From a virus: a stretch of 64,000 bases of DNA. Both the position numbers and the translations under genes were made by a program. Location: positions 23,861-87,860 of the IMG/VR virus record IMGVR_UViG_3300044730_001993; one strand, 5' to 3'. Within the stretch, counting starts at the first letter, position 1. Each line of letters opens with the position of its first letter. The notes below the pieces were generated by a model that saw nothing but the letters and a program-made list of their open reading frames with translations, was not told the origin of the DNA and did no database searches. Of this stretch, positions 46,443 to 56,006 are shown in pieces.

Positions 46443-47014
46443 GACGCCCCTCCGCGGGCCACGCCCTTGCGGACACGATCGGCCTCCGCTCGCATCTGTT
46501 CGTCGAGCCCGTGCGCCGTGAACTCGTGCATTTCCTCCTTCTGCGCGCTCACGAACTCGGCGTAGGCGGCGTGCGCCTTCGCGGCGCGCAGTTCCACTGC
46601 CGAACGTGCGATCGTGGCGTGGGCGTCGCAGACAAGCGGGATCGCATCGAGTTCCGTCGGGTTATGCACCCGCCAGTGCTTCGGGAGGTCGCCCGTGAGG
46701 AGCGCCGTCACGTCGACCGACGGACGGGTGAATTGCGCGTAAGGGAGCGGCGCGGTCGGTTCCGCGGAGCAGTACAGGCATCGGTCGGCCTGCGCGAGCG
46801 TCACGATCTCCTCGCGCCGTCGCTCGCGGACGGTGAGCGCCCGCTGCGGTGGCGGCACGGAGGGCTCCGTCGCCGTGGTCGCGTCGAGGCTCGGGAGCGC
46901 CGCCGTGGGGCGCGCAGTGGCCTTCGCGCGTCGTTGCCGCGCCCGCCATACCGCGTACACCGCCGCCACCGCTGCAAGCATCACGGCCAGAAGGCTAATG
47001 TCGTACTTGTTCAA
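46439..47014 (-). CDS. membrane-anchored zinc-binding protein
   Basis: N-terminal TM; CLYC...CDAH. Confidence 0.55.
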   Translation of the reverse strand: MNKYDISLLAVMLAAVAAVYAVWRARQRRAKATARPTAALPSLDATTATEPSVPPPQRALTVRERRREEIVTLAQADRCLYCSAEPTAPLPYAQFTRPSVDVTALLTGDLPKHWRVHNPTELDAIPLVCDAHATIARSAVELRAAKAHAAYAEFVSAQKEEMHEFTAHGLDEQMRAEADRVRKGVARGGAS

Positions 47015-47468
47015 GTTGCCTCTCGATTGCTGTTGCGATGCGCGTCACGCTGCGAACGTAGATCGCCGAACGTAGGCGCGCTCTACGATATCTACGCCCG
47101 CGAGGCACCGCGCATTCACCGAACTGGTAACGATTCAACGCCCGCGGTGTAGCGCGACAACGGCGCAGGGCCGACGCGAGCGACCGGGCGGCGCACGTCG
47201 CCTGTTGCCAGTCGTCGGTGCCGTACGGGTTGCACGCCGCCAGCGAAGCCCGCGCGTTGCGTAGCCGGTAGCCCGACTCGACGAACACGATCGCGTGCAG
47301 CGTGGCGCAACGTGTGACGCCCGCGTCGGAGCAAGCGTAGTCGACCATCTTCGCGCGCACGACGAACGTGTCGCGGGCCAGCGGGTCGTGCAGCGTGCGG
47401 GCGACGGAGGGGAACAGCGCCGAGAGCGCGAGGGCGACCGCGTGGGCGGTGGGGAGGGAGACGGTCAC
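46995..47468 (-). CDS. secreted lytic transglycosylase-like protein
   Basis: signal-like N-terminus; AIVFVESG and ALNRY motifs. Confidence 0.5.
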   Translation of the reverse strand: MTVSLPTAHAVALALSALFPSVARTLHDPLARDTFVVRAKMVDYACSDAGVTRCATLHAIVFVESGYRLRNARASLAACNPYGTDDWQQATCAARSLASALRRCRATPRALNRYQFGECAVPRGRRYRRARLRSAIYVRSVTRIATAIERQLEQVRH

Positions 47469-47499
47469 TCCGAGTAGACGCGAGTGACGGGGCGGGGAT

Positions 47500-48003
47500 T
47501 CAGCGGCGCGACTTCTTGGGCTTGCGGGCGACGCGCTTCTTGGGCGTGTTCGCTTCGAGCCACTCGTCGAGGTCCGAGTCGTTGCGAACGGACGAACTGA
47601 GTCCGTACGCCTTGCCGTTGTAGCCGTCGAGCCAGAGGATCATGCCGCTCGCGGTGATGTAGGGCGCTTCGTCGTAGCTGCGACCTTCGCTGTCGAACAC
47701 GTCGCGGAGGCGCTGCACGTCGGCCACGCTCTCGACGGAGTACGGCACGGAGAGCACGTCTCCGCCGTCGTACGAGCCGCCGTTGATCTGCCGGACCTTC
47801 GCCTTCTTCGCGACCGCTTCGGACGCCTTCTGTTCGAGCGCCATCACCATGCTCGTGAGGTCGTCCATGTGCGGACGCTTGTACTTCTTGAGCAGCCCCT
47901 TCGCGAACTTCTTCGCGTCGGCGTCGCGATCACCCTTGGCGTCGTCGTCGAAGTTGTCTTGCTCGAACGTGAAGTCGACCGTGCAAATCGCTCGTGTGAA
48001 CAT
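47500..48003 (-). CDS. hypothetical protein with basic C-terminal tail
   Basis: ends ANTPKKRVARKPKKSRR. Confidence 0.65.
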   Translation of the reverse strand: MFTRAICTVDFTFEQDNFDDDAKGDRDADAKKFAKGLLKKYKRPHMDDLTSMVMALEQKASEAVAKKAKVRQINGGSYDGGDVLSVPYSVESVADVQRLRDVFDSEGRSYDEAPYITASGMILWLDGYNGKAYGLSSSVRNDSDLDEWLEANTPKKRVARKPKKSRR

Positions 48004-48124
48004 ACCCGCATCGGAGCACGGGAGGGGGGGGGGTGTCAACGGCGAAAACGTCGCTACGCGGGGAGCGCGTGGCGGGGATTCGCGGCGCTTGCCCGTGCGC
48101 GGCGTGCTCGCGTAGAGTCGCACG

Positions 48125-48646
48125 ATGCTCACCCGCAAGCCCGCTCGCCGACGTTCGCTCCTCAACCCGGAGCCGACGATTCTCTACCCCGACGGGATGC
48201 GCCCGGTGCGAGCCCCGTTCATCATCGGCGCCGAGTACAGTTTCGACAACTTCGTCGATGGCGTTTTCGTACTGAGGTTGGGGTATCGCGGGGCGGCGTT
48301 CGTGCTCGATCGTGCTGGCGCTACGCCGCAGACAGGCGCGGGGCCGGTGGGCATCCACGACGAGGCGGAGTTCTTCGCGATGAAGCCTCGCCTCGTTCGC
48401 GTAGACCGCCAGCGGATTGCATACGACGTGCAGAGCGTTTACACGCCGCTGCTCGACCCCGACGATGATCCTCGCGAGGCCGTGAGTCGCAGCGCCGAAA
48501 TGTTCGCGCACATCACGGGCACGAAGAAGGTCTCGCTCGGTCGCACGAAGGCGTCGGTTGAAGCCGCGCGCAAGCAACTTCGGCGCGACGTTCGCGCCTT
48601 CGCCGAAGCGAACCGCATCGACCCGTACGAGGGCCGCGCCCTCTAG
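48125..48646 (+). CDS. N-terminally tagged hypothetical protein
   Basis: MLTRKPARRRSLLNP; TAGAGT box 6 nt before ATG. Confidence 0.7.
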   Translation: MLTRKPARRRSLLNPEPTILYPDGMRPVRAPFIIGAEYSFDNFVDGVFVLRLGYRGAAFVLDRAGATPQTGAGPVGIHDEAEFFAMKPRLVRVDRQRIAYDVQSVYTPLLDPDDDPREAVSRSAEMFAHITGTKKVSLGRTKASVEAARKQLRRDVRAFAEANRIDPYEGRAL

Positions 48647-48674
48647 GCCGCGCCGACGCCGTGGATTCAGTGGT

Positions 48675-49295
48675 TCAGAATCCGGGGTCGAAATCGTAGG
48701 CGAGCGCGAGACTGTACTCGCGGTGCTTGATGTCGAGCTTCATGCGCTTCGCCGCCGCTTCGATGGCCTTGCGGTCCTTCGGGTGTACTTCATCCCACCG
48801 CAGCCCGCGGGAATGGTGCGCCGTTCCGCTTACGCGAGCCACGTTGCCGTACCGATCGTTCCCGAGTTTTCGGGCGAGCGCGCGGAGCTCGATGAACTTC
48901 TCGTCGTCGAGCTTCGCCTTCGCCTCCTGCTTCGCCTTCGCGGCGAGCCCCGCGGGCGAACGGCAGTAGTCGCACGGGCCTGCCCAGTGCCCGGTGTCTT
49001 CGTTGTAGCCTGCGTCGCACTCACACGCGGTCGGAGCGGCCTTCGGCTCGGGCGCGAGAAGCGATTCGGGCGACGCGCCTACGGACGTCATACGCATCGT
49101 ACCGCCGCCGGATACGGCGTACCACGATCCGATTTTGTAACGCTCACCCATCGTCTTGCGCGCAAACTTGCGTGCGCCAGCGAGGGTCTTGAAGTGTCGC
49201 GTCGCACTGTACCCGTCCGACGACTTGAGATAGATGGTGATCTCGCCGGAGTTGCGAACCGAACGTCGGACTCGCGTCTTGCTTTTCTTGCTCAT
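48675..49295 (-). CDS. N-terminally tagged hypothetical protein
   Basis: MSKKSKTRVRRSVRNSG; TATGAT box 8 nt before ATG. Confidence 0.7.
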   Translation of the reverse strand: MSKKSKTRVRRSVRNSGEITIYLKSSDGYSATRHFKTLAGARKFARKTMGERYKIGSWYAVSGGGTMRMTSVGASPESLLAPEPKAAPTACECDAGYNEDTGHWAGPCDYCRSPAGLAAKAKQEAKAKLDDEKFIELRALARKLGNDRYGNVARVSGTAHHSRGLRWDEVHPKDRKAIEAAAKRMKLDIKHREYSLALAYDFDPGF

Positions 49296-49583
49296 GGGGT
49301 AGGATCATACCGGAGAGCGCGGGGCGGCACAACTTCGTTGTTGCTGCGCCTTCTCACCCATCGCTCCGCCACCACTTGCCGCCGTTGAACCGGAAACCGT
49401 TCGCTCGAAGCCACGACTTCTCGGCATCGGCGGTGTGCCGACCGAAGCGGTCTGCCATCCACCCGTACTCGTACTCAGAATGCGGAGGGTTGCCCGATAA
49501 CACGACGCGTCGCAGTCGCTCCGTCGCGAGAGACGGCGGAGCGTCGGCGAAATACTCTCCGAACGTGGTGGAACTAATCGTTC

Positions 49584-49803
49584 TCACTCGCCGCGCGCCC
49601 GCGATCGTTCGAGTTCCGTCGCGGTCGCCGACACCAGCGCCGCGACGGCGGCGAGGGCGTCGTAGAGCATCGGGAGAGCCGCCGCGCGGCACCCCGCGCC
49701 GTAACGCATTTCGGCCTCCGCAGCGGCGAGAAGGCGCCTCGCTTCGGCCAGCGCCGAAGCCTCGCGGTCGGTGAGTTGCCCGCTCACTTGCGGTTCCGCC
49801 ATT
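49584..49803 (-). CDS. small hypothetical protein
   Basis: MAEPQVSG... just beyond the IscB element end; start approximate. Confidence 0.45.
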
Positions 49804-49843
49804 GGGCGGTAGTCACGATTTGCCCGAGCGGTTGCGCCGCTAT

Positions 49844-51226
49844 TCACGGCGGAAGGGGAGCGGATTTTCGGACCGCGACGGCATCGCGCTTCTCCTCTTG
49901 CCACGCATATCGGTATCCGTCGGCGCGTTGCAACACGCCGCAGTGTTTCCAAATCACGTCGATCCTCTTGTCTTTAGCGCAAATGGCGAATTGACCATTC
50001 GCCCGCACGGCAACGCGCCCGACGTACGTTCCAGCGTACTTGCCTCGCGGCGGTGTAGCACGGACCATATCGCCAGTGCGGAATCCACGCACGGACTTCT
50101 CGCGCATCTTCGGAACGCCGCGAGGGAAACCGTAGGCGTCCGAGTGTTGCCGTTGGTACGTGCCGCGCCCCGTGCTGTAAACGTAGAGCGTTTGCGTGTC
50201 GGCACCAATCACACCGCCGACGTTACCCGCGCACACGGCGTCGTTGGCGTGCGTCTTCGGAACGTTGAAACGGTGGCGGTTCCACTTCGTTCGCCCGCCA
50301 CTTGACGCCTCGACGGGCACCCCGAGAGACCGCAGCGCGCGATCGAGCGCCCATCGGGTCGAGTTCACCGCCGCCGCGTCGCGCAGCGACTCCTTGAGTC
50401 CTGCGAGAATGCGCGCCGCGCGTTTCGGGTCACGTTGGAGAAACACCGCCAGTGGTTGCGCGCCCTTGCGCTGGTTGCAGGGAACGCAGGCGGGCACGAG
50501 GTTGCTCGGGCGACTGCTTCCGCCGCTCACCCGCGGCACGACGTGATCGAGGTTCAGCGCCACGTTCTCGGCGTCGCAGTAGGCGCACGAGCGACCCCAC
50601 TTCTCCAACACCCACTCCCGAGTCTCGTAACCTGCGAGCGTGCCTTGCCGGTATTCCACGCCGCTGATCTCCGGGTTCTGCATCAACTGCGTGTCGAAAC
50701 GCACCCGCTCCACGCTCACGGCGGCGACGGGATACCAGCGCATGAGACGACGAGTCCATGAGAGCGTCGTTTCGACGCGGTGGTTGAGAGACGGTCGCAG
50801 CGTGCCCTTCGCGGGTCGGCGATTGCTGAAACGCGCCGGTCGGTAGCGAAGGTTTGCTAGGCGACGGCGCCTTCTGCTAGACGATCGCCTCTCCATCTGC
50901 CCGCGGATAACGTCGCCGCGGTGCGTGAGTTCCATCTTGAACAGGACGACGCGCGTCGGGCCGTCGCCTTCGCTGGCGGCGGGAACCTCGCGGACGACGG
51001 CGATGCCCGTCGTCTTGCTGCCGGGATCTTCGCAGACCCGGACGGGTTGCACGTCACCACCGACACGATCCTTGAGACGGATCACGAACGGCGTGTGATG
51101 CGCCACCACCGCACGCCCCGCACGGAGCAACTGGCGTGCTCGCGCGGGATGGCACGGCATCAGCGGAACGCCGCGCTTGTCCAGTACCGGAACCCACGCT
51201 TCTTCGGAACGATTCTTCTCGATCAT
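49844..51226 (-). CDS. iscB: RNA-guided endonuclease IscB
   Basis: PLMP, RuvC-I EDPGSK, Arg-rich bridge helix, RuvC-II ERVRFD, HNH CAYC..DHVVP..CNQRK, RuvC-III HANDA. Confidence 0.95.
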   Translation of the reverse strand: MIEKNRSEEAWVPVLDKRGVPLMPCHPARARQLLRAGRAVVAHHTPFVIRLKDRVGGDVQPVRVCEDPGSKTTGIAVVREVPAASEGDGPTRVVLFKMELTHRGDVIRGQMERRSSSRRRRRLANLRYRPARFSNRRPAKGTLRPSLNHRVETTLSWTRRLMRWYPVAAVSVERVRFDTQLMQNPEISGVEYRQGTLAGYETREWVLEKWGRSCAYCDAENVALNLDHVVPRVSGGSSRPSNLVPACVPCNQRKGAQPLAVFLQRDPKRAARILAGLKESLRDAAAVNSTRWALDRALRSLGVPVEASSGGRTKWNRHRFNVPKTHANDAVCAGNVGGVIGADTQTLYVYSTGRGTYQRQHSDAYGFPRGVPKMREKSVRGFRTGDMVRATPPRGKYAGTYVGRVAVRANGQFAICAKDKRIDVIWKHCGVLQRADGYRYAWQEEKRDAVAVRKSAPLPP

Positions 51227-51537
51227 TGGCGTTACCGCCTCAGTTGGGGCCTTGCGGCCTTGTCGTGACGGAACCGCGAGGCACCGCGGTTCGCTCCCCT
51301 CGTGAATGTCGATCGTCGCCCATGTGCGTACCCGTTTCTGTCTGACCCGACGTGACTACTGCACGCACTGCAAGTGGGTACGGACTGAGGAAGCATCCGT
51401 ACGTTGCCCGAGGCAAGCGTTCCGATCGACGTAGCGAGGCTCGAACGGGTTGCCAACCCTACCCTCGCTAACACTGGTAAACATGGGCTTTCTCAGTCTC
51501 CTTAGAAAGCCTCCGCCCGAAGGCGGAGGTCGATTAC
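51227..51537 (-). ncRNA. omegaRNA scaffold, copy 1 (guide from the flank above 51537)
   Basis: non-coding, hairpin-rich, nearly identical to 63769-64000. Confidence 0.8.
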
Positions 51538-52039
51538 ACGCCGATGGGAGCGACGCGAATAGGAGCGTCGTGGTGCATGTCTCGCGACACTATAGCGCGA
51601 TTCCATCCAGCAATGTCTCGTTTTTTGTCTTTTCACGCATCGCCGCGCCGTTGCCGACGTACTGGCCTCCCGCGCGAAGGTCGACGGGGGCACCCGTTTC
51701 GAGCGCAGTGCGGATCGTGCCGCCCGTTCCGCGAGCGCGCCCGCCGAAGCCCGCGCCGCGATACCACTCGGTGTACTCACCTCGCGCGTGTTCGGCATCG
51801 AAGCCGCCGCACGCGAGGAGCGACTGCGCGAGGGCGACCGCCATCTGCGTGTCGTCCGTGAACGCCCCCGCCTTCTCGCCGTCGGGTCCGAGGCCGAACT
51901 GGCGCCCGCCGTCGTCGCACGCGAGAAACGTGTTGTCGGGGTCGTGGCACCACGAGTAGCGGGCGCGGTCGTCGCGCGATTGCTCGAAGGGCTTGCCGAG
52001 CGCGTCGGCGGTCGCGAGTGCTGTGAGAACGTGACGCAT
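51538..52039 (-). pseudogene. ADP-ribosylglycohydrolase (ARH/DraG family), N-terminal half only
   Basis: ADALG, FTDDTQM, GNGAAMR, then an 80-nt insert, then RVAPIG, then the IscB element. Confidence 0.8.
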
Positions 52040-52193
52040 TACGATTCCTCGTTTTCGATGCCGATTAGCACGGCGGTGGTGAGAAGAAAACAGCACAAGG
52101 CCATCGGGTCGAGACGCGACGCTGCCAGCGCGAAGAACGCGCCGTCGATCGCGTAGAGGCACTTCGTCGCCGCACGTTCGAGCGAGACAACGA

Positions 52194-52658
52194 TCACGGA
52201 TGCACCCGCCCCGCGAGGAGCGCGTCGAGGCAAGCCTTCGCGTGCTCTCGCGCTGCGGTGAAGTCCGCGAACGACACCTCCGTTTCGGTGCGCCCGTCGC
52301 CCGTCGGCACGAGCCCGCCGTGTGCGTGGCGCAGCGTCACCTTGCGCGACGTGAGGCTCGACTCGATCACGAACGGCCCGACGGTGGCGCTCTCCCGCGC
52401 CTCGCGGGCCTTCTCCGCGACCGTGGCGGCGGGAGTCCCGACGGGGGCACCGCGGAGCGTCTCGAACAGCCACGAGTCACGCGGCGTGATCGTGCGCCCG
52501 TCGTCGTCGCGCCACACGACGATGCCGCGCTTCACGGAGACCACCTCGGCGGTCACCTCGACGTGCGGCGAGGGGCCGACGTGCTCGCGCCTCACCACCC
52601 GGAGGGTGACGTTGCCGTCGGGGGCGAGCGCGAGGAGTTGTGTGACGGTGGGGATCAT
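52194..52658 (-). CDS. hypothetical protein
   Basis: ATGA overlap. Confidence 0.55.
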   Translation of the reverse strand: MIPTVTQLLALAPDGNVTLRVVRREHVGPSPHVEVTAEVVSVKRGIVVWRDDDGRTITPRDSWLFETLRGAPVGTPAATVAEKAREARESATVGPFVIESSLTSRKVTLRHAHGGLVPTGDGRTETEVSFADFTAAREHAKACLDALLAGRVHP

Positions 52659-53434
52659 CCCCATCCGACGTTGTAGCGGCGCCTGTATTCAGCGAAATCT
52701 GCGATGGCCTGCGCATCGAGGAACGCGCACTCTTCGTTGCGGGAGTACCGGACGCAGTGATCGATCACGTCGAGCGCAACGGCGACGGGCGCGAGCAATG
52801 GCGCGCAGTAGCCGTAACGCATCTGCACTTCGCCCACCGATGCGACGGACGAGAACGAGACTTCGCCAGTGACGATGCGACGCGCCAGTTCAGCGTTCGG
52901 GCGAACGATGAACCTCACGCTTCGGGTCGGGCCGAAGTGATCGTGGTCGCCTGTCGCGTACACGCCCACACCGCGCTCGTCGATCGACACGATGAACGTC
53001 GCGCGACCGATGCGCCACCGCGGCGCCTTCGTCGTATGCGTGAGAACCTCCCACCCGCAGCGGTCCTTGCCCGAGAGGTACGGCTCGGCGCTCGGGGCGC
53101 CGTACCGTTCCGTGAGCGTCGCAACGATCGCAGCGTACGTGCTCGCGGGGTCGTCCGTCACGCCGCGCAGTTCGCGAACGAGCGGCGCCCGACGCGCGGT
53201 GTCCTGAGCCTTCGCTGCGGCGACTACGCGGTCGTTGCGAGCCTTCTCGGCACCGTACTCGCTCGCGCGCCGAAGGTCTTGCGGGTCGATCGCCTTGCCC
53301 GTGCGCGCAGCGTCGGCGATGCTCCTCGCCGTAGCGTTGAGCACGGCCTCGATGCGCTCCGACTCCTTGCGGGCAGCGTGCGTGGCGGCGTTGAGTTTCG
53401 CGAGTTCTGCGAGAACGTCGATCGTGTGTCTCAC
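52655..53434 (-). CDS. hypothetical protein
   Basis: GGAGG RBS, GTGA overlap. Confidence 0.65.
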   Translation of the reverse strand: MRHTIDVLAELAKLNAATHAARKESERIEAVLNATARSIADAARTGKAIDPQDLRRASEYGAEKARNDRVVAAAKAQDTARRAPLVRELRGVTDDPASTYAAIVATLTERYGAPSAEPYLSGKDRCGWEVLTHTTKAPRWRIGRATFIVSIDERGVGVYATGDHDHFGPTRSVRFIVRPNAELARRIVTGEVSFSSVASVGEVQMRYGYCAPLLAPVAVALDVIDHCVRYSRNEECAFLDAQAIADFAEYRRRYNVGWG

Positions 53435-53715
53435 GGTGCCTCCGAGGTGCGGAACGGTTGCCCGGTGCCGCGGTGAGCGGCGAAGATCGAGTTGAGCGCC
53501 TGCGCCATCGCTTCGGCGTCGTCGCGCGAGAACTGGAACGCGATGCGCGAGTCGCCGACGCGGCCCTCGCGGAGCATCGTGAGGGCATCGGTCAACCCGA
53601 GACCGAAGTGCTTGCGAAGCGCGAGCACGGCGGTGACCTTGTAGTCGTCGCTCACTCCCGCGATCGTGATGCGGTAGCGCGTGGCGGTGTCGGTGGTGTC
53701 GGTCGCGTCACGCAT
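53431..53715 (-). CDS. second bL12 C-terminal-like small protein
   Basis: KVTAVLALRKHFGLGLTDAL...SRDDAE. Confidence 0.5.
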   Translation of the reverse strand: MRDATDTTDTATRYRITIAGVSDDYKVTAVLALRKHFGLGLTDALTMLREGRVGDSRIAFQFSRDDAEAMAQALNSIFAAHRGTGQPFRTSEAP

Positions 53716-53992
53716 CGAGAAACTCGATCGTGCGCGCTGCGAGGGCGAGGTGCGCGGCGGGGGTCTCGTTCTCGCCCGTGGCCTCGATGCGGTGCCACGG
53801 GAGCACCTCGCGCCACTGGCCGTCGTGGAAGTGCTCGGTTTTCGCGCTAACGTCGTCGGGCTCGTTGCCGAAGTTCTCCCACCGCGAAGTGGTCACCCGG
53901 ATCTTGCGGCCCGAGAGAAGCCACACACTCACCGCGGTGTGGTTCTTGATGTCTTTACTCGTGTCGAACAGAAACGGTTTCGTGTCGATCAT
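53708..53992 (-). CDS. hypothetical protein
   Basis: ATG after the promoter motif at 54004-54027. Confidence 0.65.
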   Translation of the reverse strand: MIDTKPFLFDTSKDIKNHTAVSVWLLSGRKIRVTTSRWENFGNEPDDVSAKTEHFHDGQWREVLPWHRIEATGENETPAAHLALAARTIEFLDA

Positions 53993-54359
53993 GGTGTGCC
54001 TTCTGCGTGCGGTGGGCGGGTGTTCTTGCGGCGCTGCGGCGATTTCTCGCTCCCGCTAGGCGTGCCGCTCCGTGATGCGCGGGTCGTCGAGGTAAAGCGT
54101 GACGCCCCGGAAGATATCGGGGCACGACCACACGCGGTCGACCACGCGGCGCTTGAGTCCGTCTTCGAGCACCACGGAGTCGCCGATGGCGGGCGGGACC
54201 GCCGTCGAAGTGCGCCCGTACGACTCGTACCGCCCGGTGCCGATCGTGCCGTTGACTACTTCGACGAAAATGCGAACCGAAACTTCGTTGCTGCTCATGC
54301 CGCTTGTACGTCGGGTCGGCGCCGAACCTATCACCGCCGCGTCGATTTTCTCGTCGGAG

Positions 54360-54971
54360 CTACCGGCAGCGACCGTTGCGAGTCGACGGGCGCGACACGC
54401 GCACGACGATCTTGTCGGCGCCGTTGCCGCTCGCGAGGCTCACGTCGGCGTCGCTGAGTCGGTTCGGGTGGCGCGCGTACAGCACCCGCTTCTGGCCCGA
54501 CGCGCTCCCGTTCATCGCCATGAATCGCACCGCGACCGCCATGCTCGACTCGGGCAACACCGTCGTGTTCTCGATCGCGAGCGTCACGCCCTTGTCGATC
54601 CCGATGCCGCGCGAGCCCTTCACCACCACGACGCGAGCGCCGGGGCGAACGCCCGCCTGCGCGAGAACGTCGTCGTAGCGGGCCGTCGCCGACACACGGG
54701 CGGGCACTTCGCCGTCGCGGCGGAGGTAGGCGCGATCGACCGCGGCAACCGCCTCGTCGGCCCCGACGAAATCGACGAACGCTCTCGCGGCGGCGTGAAC
54801 CGTCAAGAAGTCGTAGCGGCCCTTGTTGCGCCCACGATCGACGTAGACGGCGAACAGGCGCGTGCCCGTGAGGTCGCCAGCGCCGACGGTCACGTCGTCG
54901 GTGAGGGGAACGATGCCGTCGCCGATCGCTCGCGCGACGTAGCGCGCGGCTTCTGTTTTCGTGGTTGCCAT
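54360..54971 (-). CDS. C-terminally tagged hypothetical protein
   Basis: MATTKTE...; ends RPSTRNGRCR. Confidence 0.65.
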   Translation of the reverse strand: MATTKTEAARYVARAIGDGIVPLTDDVTVGAGDLTGTRLFAVYVDRGRNKGRYDFLTVHAAARAFVDFVGADEAVAAVDRAYLRRDGEVPARVSATARYDDVLAQAGVRPGARVVVVKGSRGIGIDKGVTLAIENTTVLPESSMAVAVRFMAMNGSASGQKRVLYARHPNRLSDADVSLASGNGADKIVVRVSRPSTRNGRCR

Positions 54972-55359
54972 GCGTGGCACCGTACTACGGGATCGCCCGC
55001 AGTCGCAACGTTTCACCACGCCAGCAAGGCGTCCAGTTCGTCCGCGAGGCGCAGTCGCACGGCGCGGCGGGCGACCGCAGCGACGAACCACGGCGGCGCC
55101 CCTGCGAGGCACGCCGTGGCCTCCGCGGTGCGCCCGACGAACGATGCGAGTTCGCCCGCGCCGAGCGCCAGCGGTTCGCCACGCACGCCGTCGAGCACCG
55201 CGGCGCACTCGATCAGGTCGAGCGCACGGGACCAGCGGAAAACGTGCGAAGTGCCGTTGCTCCGCCACGCGGGCGTGCGGATGGCGGCGCGACGGTGTTT
55301 CTGGAGACGGCGGCGGGTGCAGTTCATGCTCCGTGTGACGAAGCGACGGGCGGCGGGAT

Positions 55360-55983
55360 TCAGCGGTAGGGATTGACCCAGTTGTTCCGCGCGTGATCCG
55401 AGATGCGACCGTCGCGGTTCAGTTCGTCGGTGTAGTCGAGCCACGCCGTACGCACCGAGACGCGATCCGTGTGGCGAAGGTGCGGGAGCACGTTCTCGCG
55501 GAACGATCGGTTCACTTCGGCCTTGCTCATCATCTTGCCGCGCTTCGCGCCGTTGCGCGACGCCTTGCGCTTCGCGGCGGGCTTGCGCGCCGGGGCGAGT
55601 TGCTTCGCGTACTCCTCGATCACGGCCATCACGGCGACGTCGAGGTTCTTCTTCTGCGCGGCGGTGAGCGTCTTCCACGCGCCCATCGTGAACTCGGGCG
55701 GGCACGAGTGGTCGAGCGCGCCGACCATCGACACGAACCACGCAGCGCGGTTCATGCGCTTGTTCACGACCACTTCGCGGGCCTCGGTGTAGGCCCCGAA
55801 GCCGTAGTTCCCTTCGAGAATCCACGCGATGCGTTCGGCGACGCGATCGGGGTGCTGCGCCATCACCTCGCGGAACTCGCTGCGCGCCTCTTGACGGTCG
55901 CGGAGGGGCTGCTTCTCCGTGTCGGCGATCTGCGCACGAAACATGCGCTTCTCGCGCGCGGCGTACTCTCGTTCGGTTTCCAT
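55360..55983 (-). CDS. two-module protein with internal tag
   Basis: linker PARKPAAKRKASRNGAKRGK. Confidence 0.7.
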   Translation of the reverse strand: METEREYAAREKRMFRAQIADTEKQPLRDRQEARSEFREVMAQHPDRVAERIAWILEGNYGFGAYTEAREVVVNKRMNRAAWFVSMVGALDHSCPPEFTMGAWKTLTAAQKKNLDVAVMAVIEEYAKQLAPARKPAAKRKASRNGAKRGKMMSKAEVNRSFRENVLPHLRHTDRVSVRTAWLDYTDELNRDGRISDHARNNWVNPYR

Positions 55984-56006
55984 GTTCGTGTTCTCGCTCG
56001 ACGTTC

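Larger units (their letters stand above)
49817..51537 (-). mobile_element. IS200/IS605-family IscB (OMEGA) element, copy 1; no tnpA
   Basis: left-end hairpin CCTCCGCC-TTCG-GGCGGAGG after GTAATCG, omegaRNA, iscB, right end ...GGCAAATC then GTGA. Confidence 0.8.

Noticed and set aside
48024-48034. Poly-G run as a phase-variation tract
   Set aside because: Single intergenic homopolymer with no evidence of length variation
49844-51226. Cas9 or CRISPR-associated IscB
   Set aside because: About 460 aa with a PLMP domain and no REC lobe, and no repeat-spacer array is adjacent
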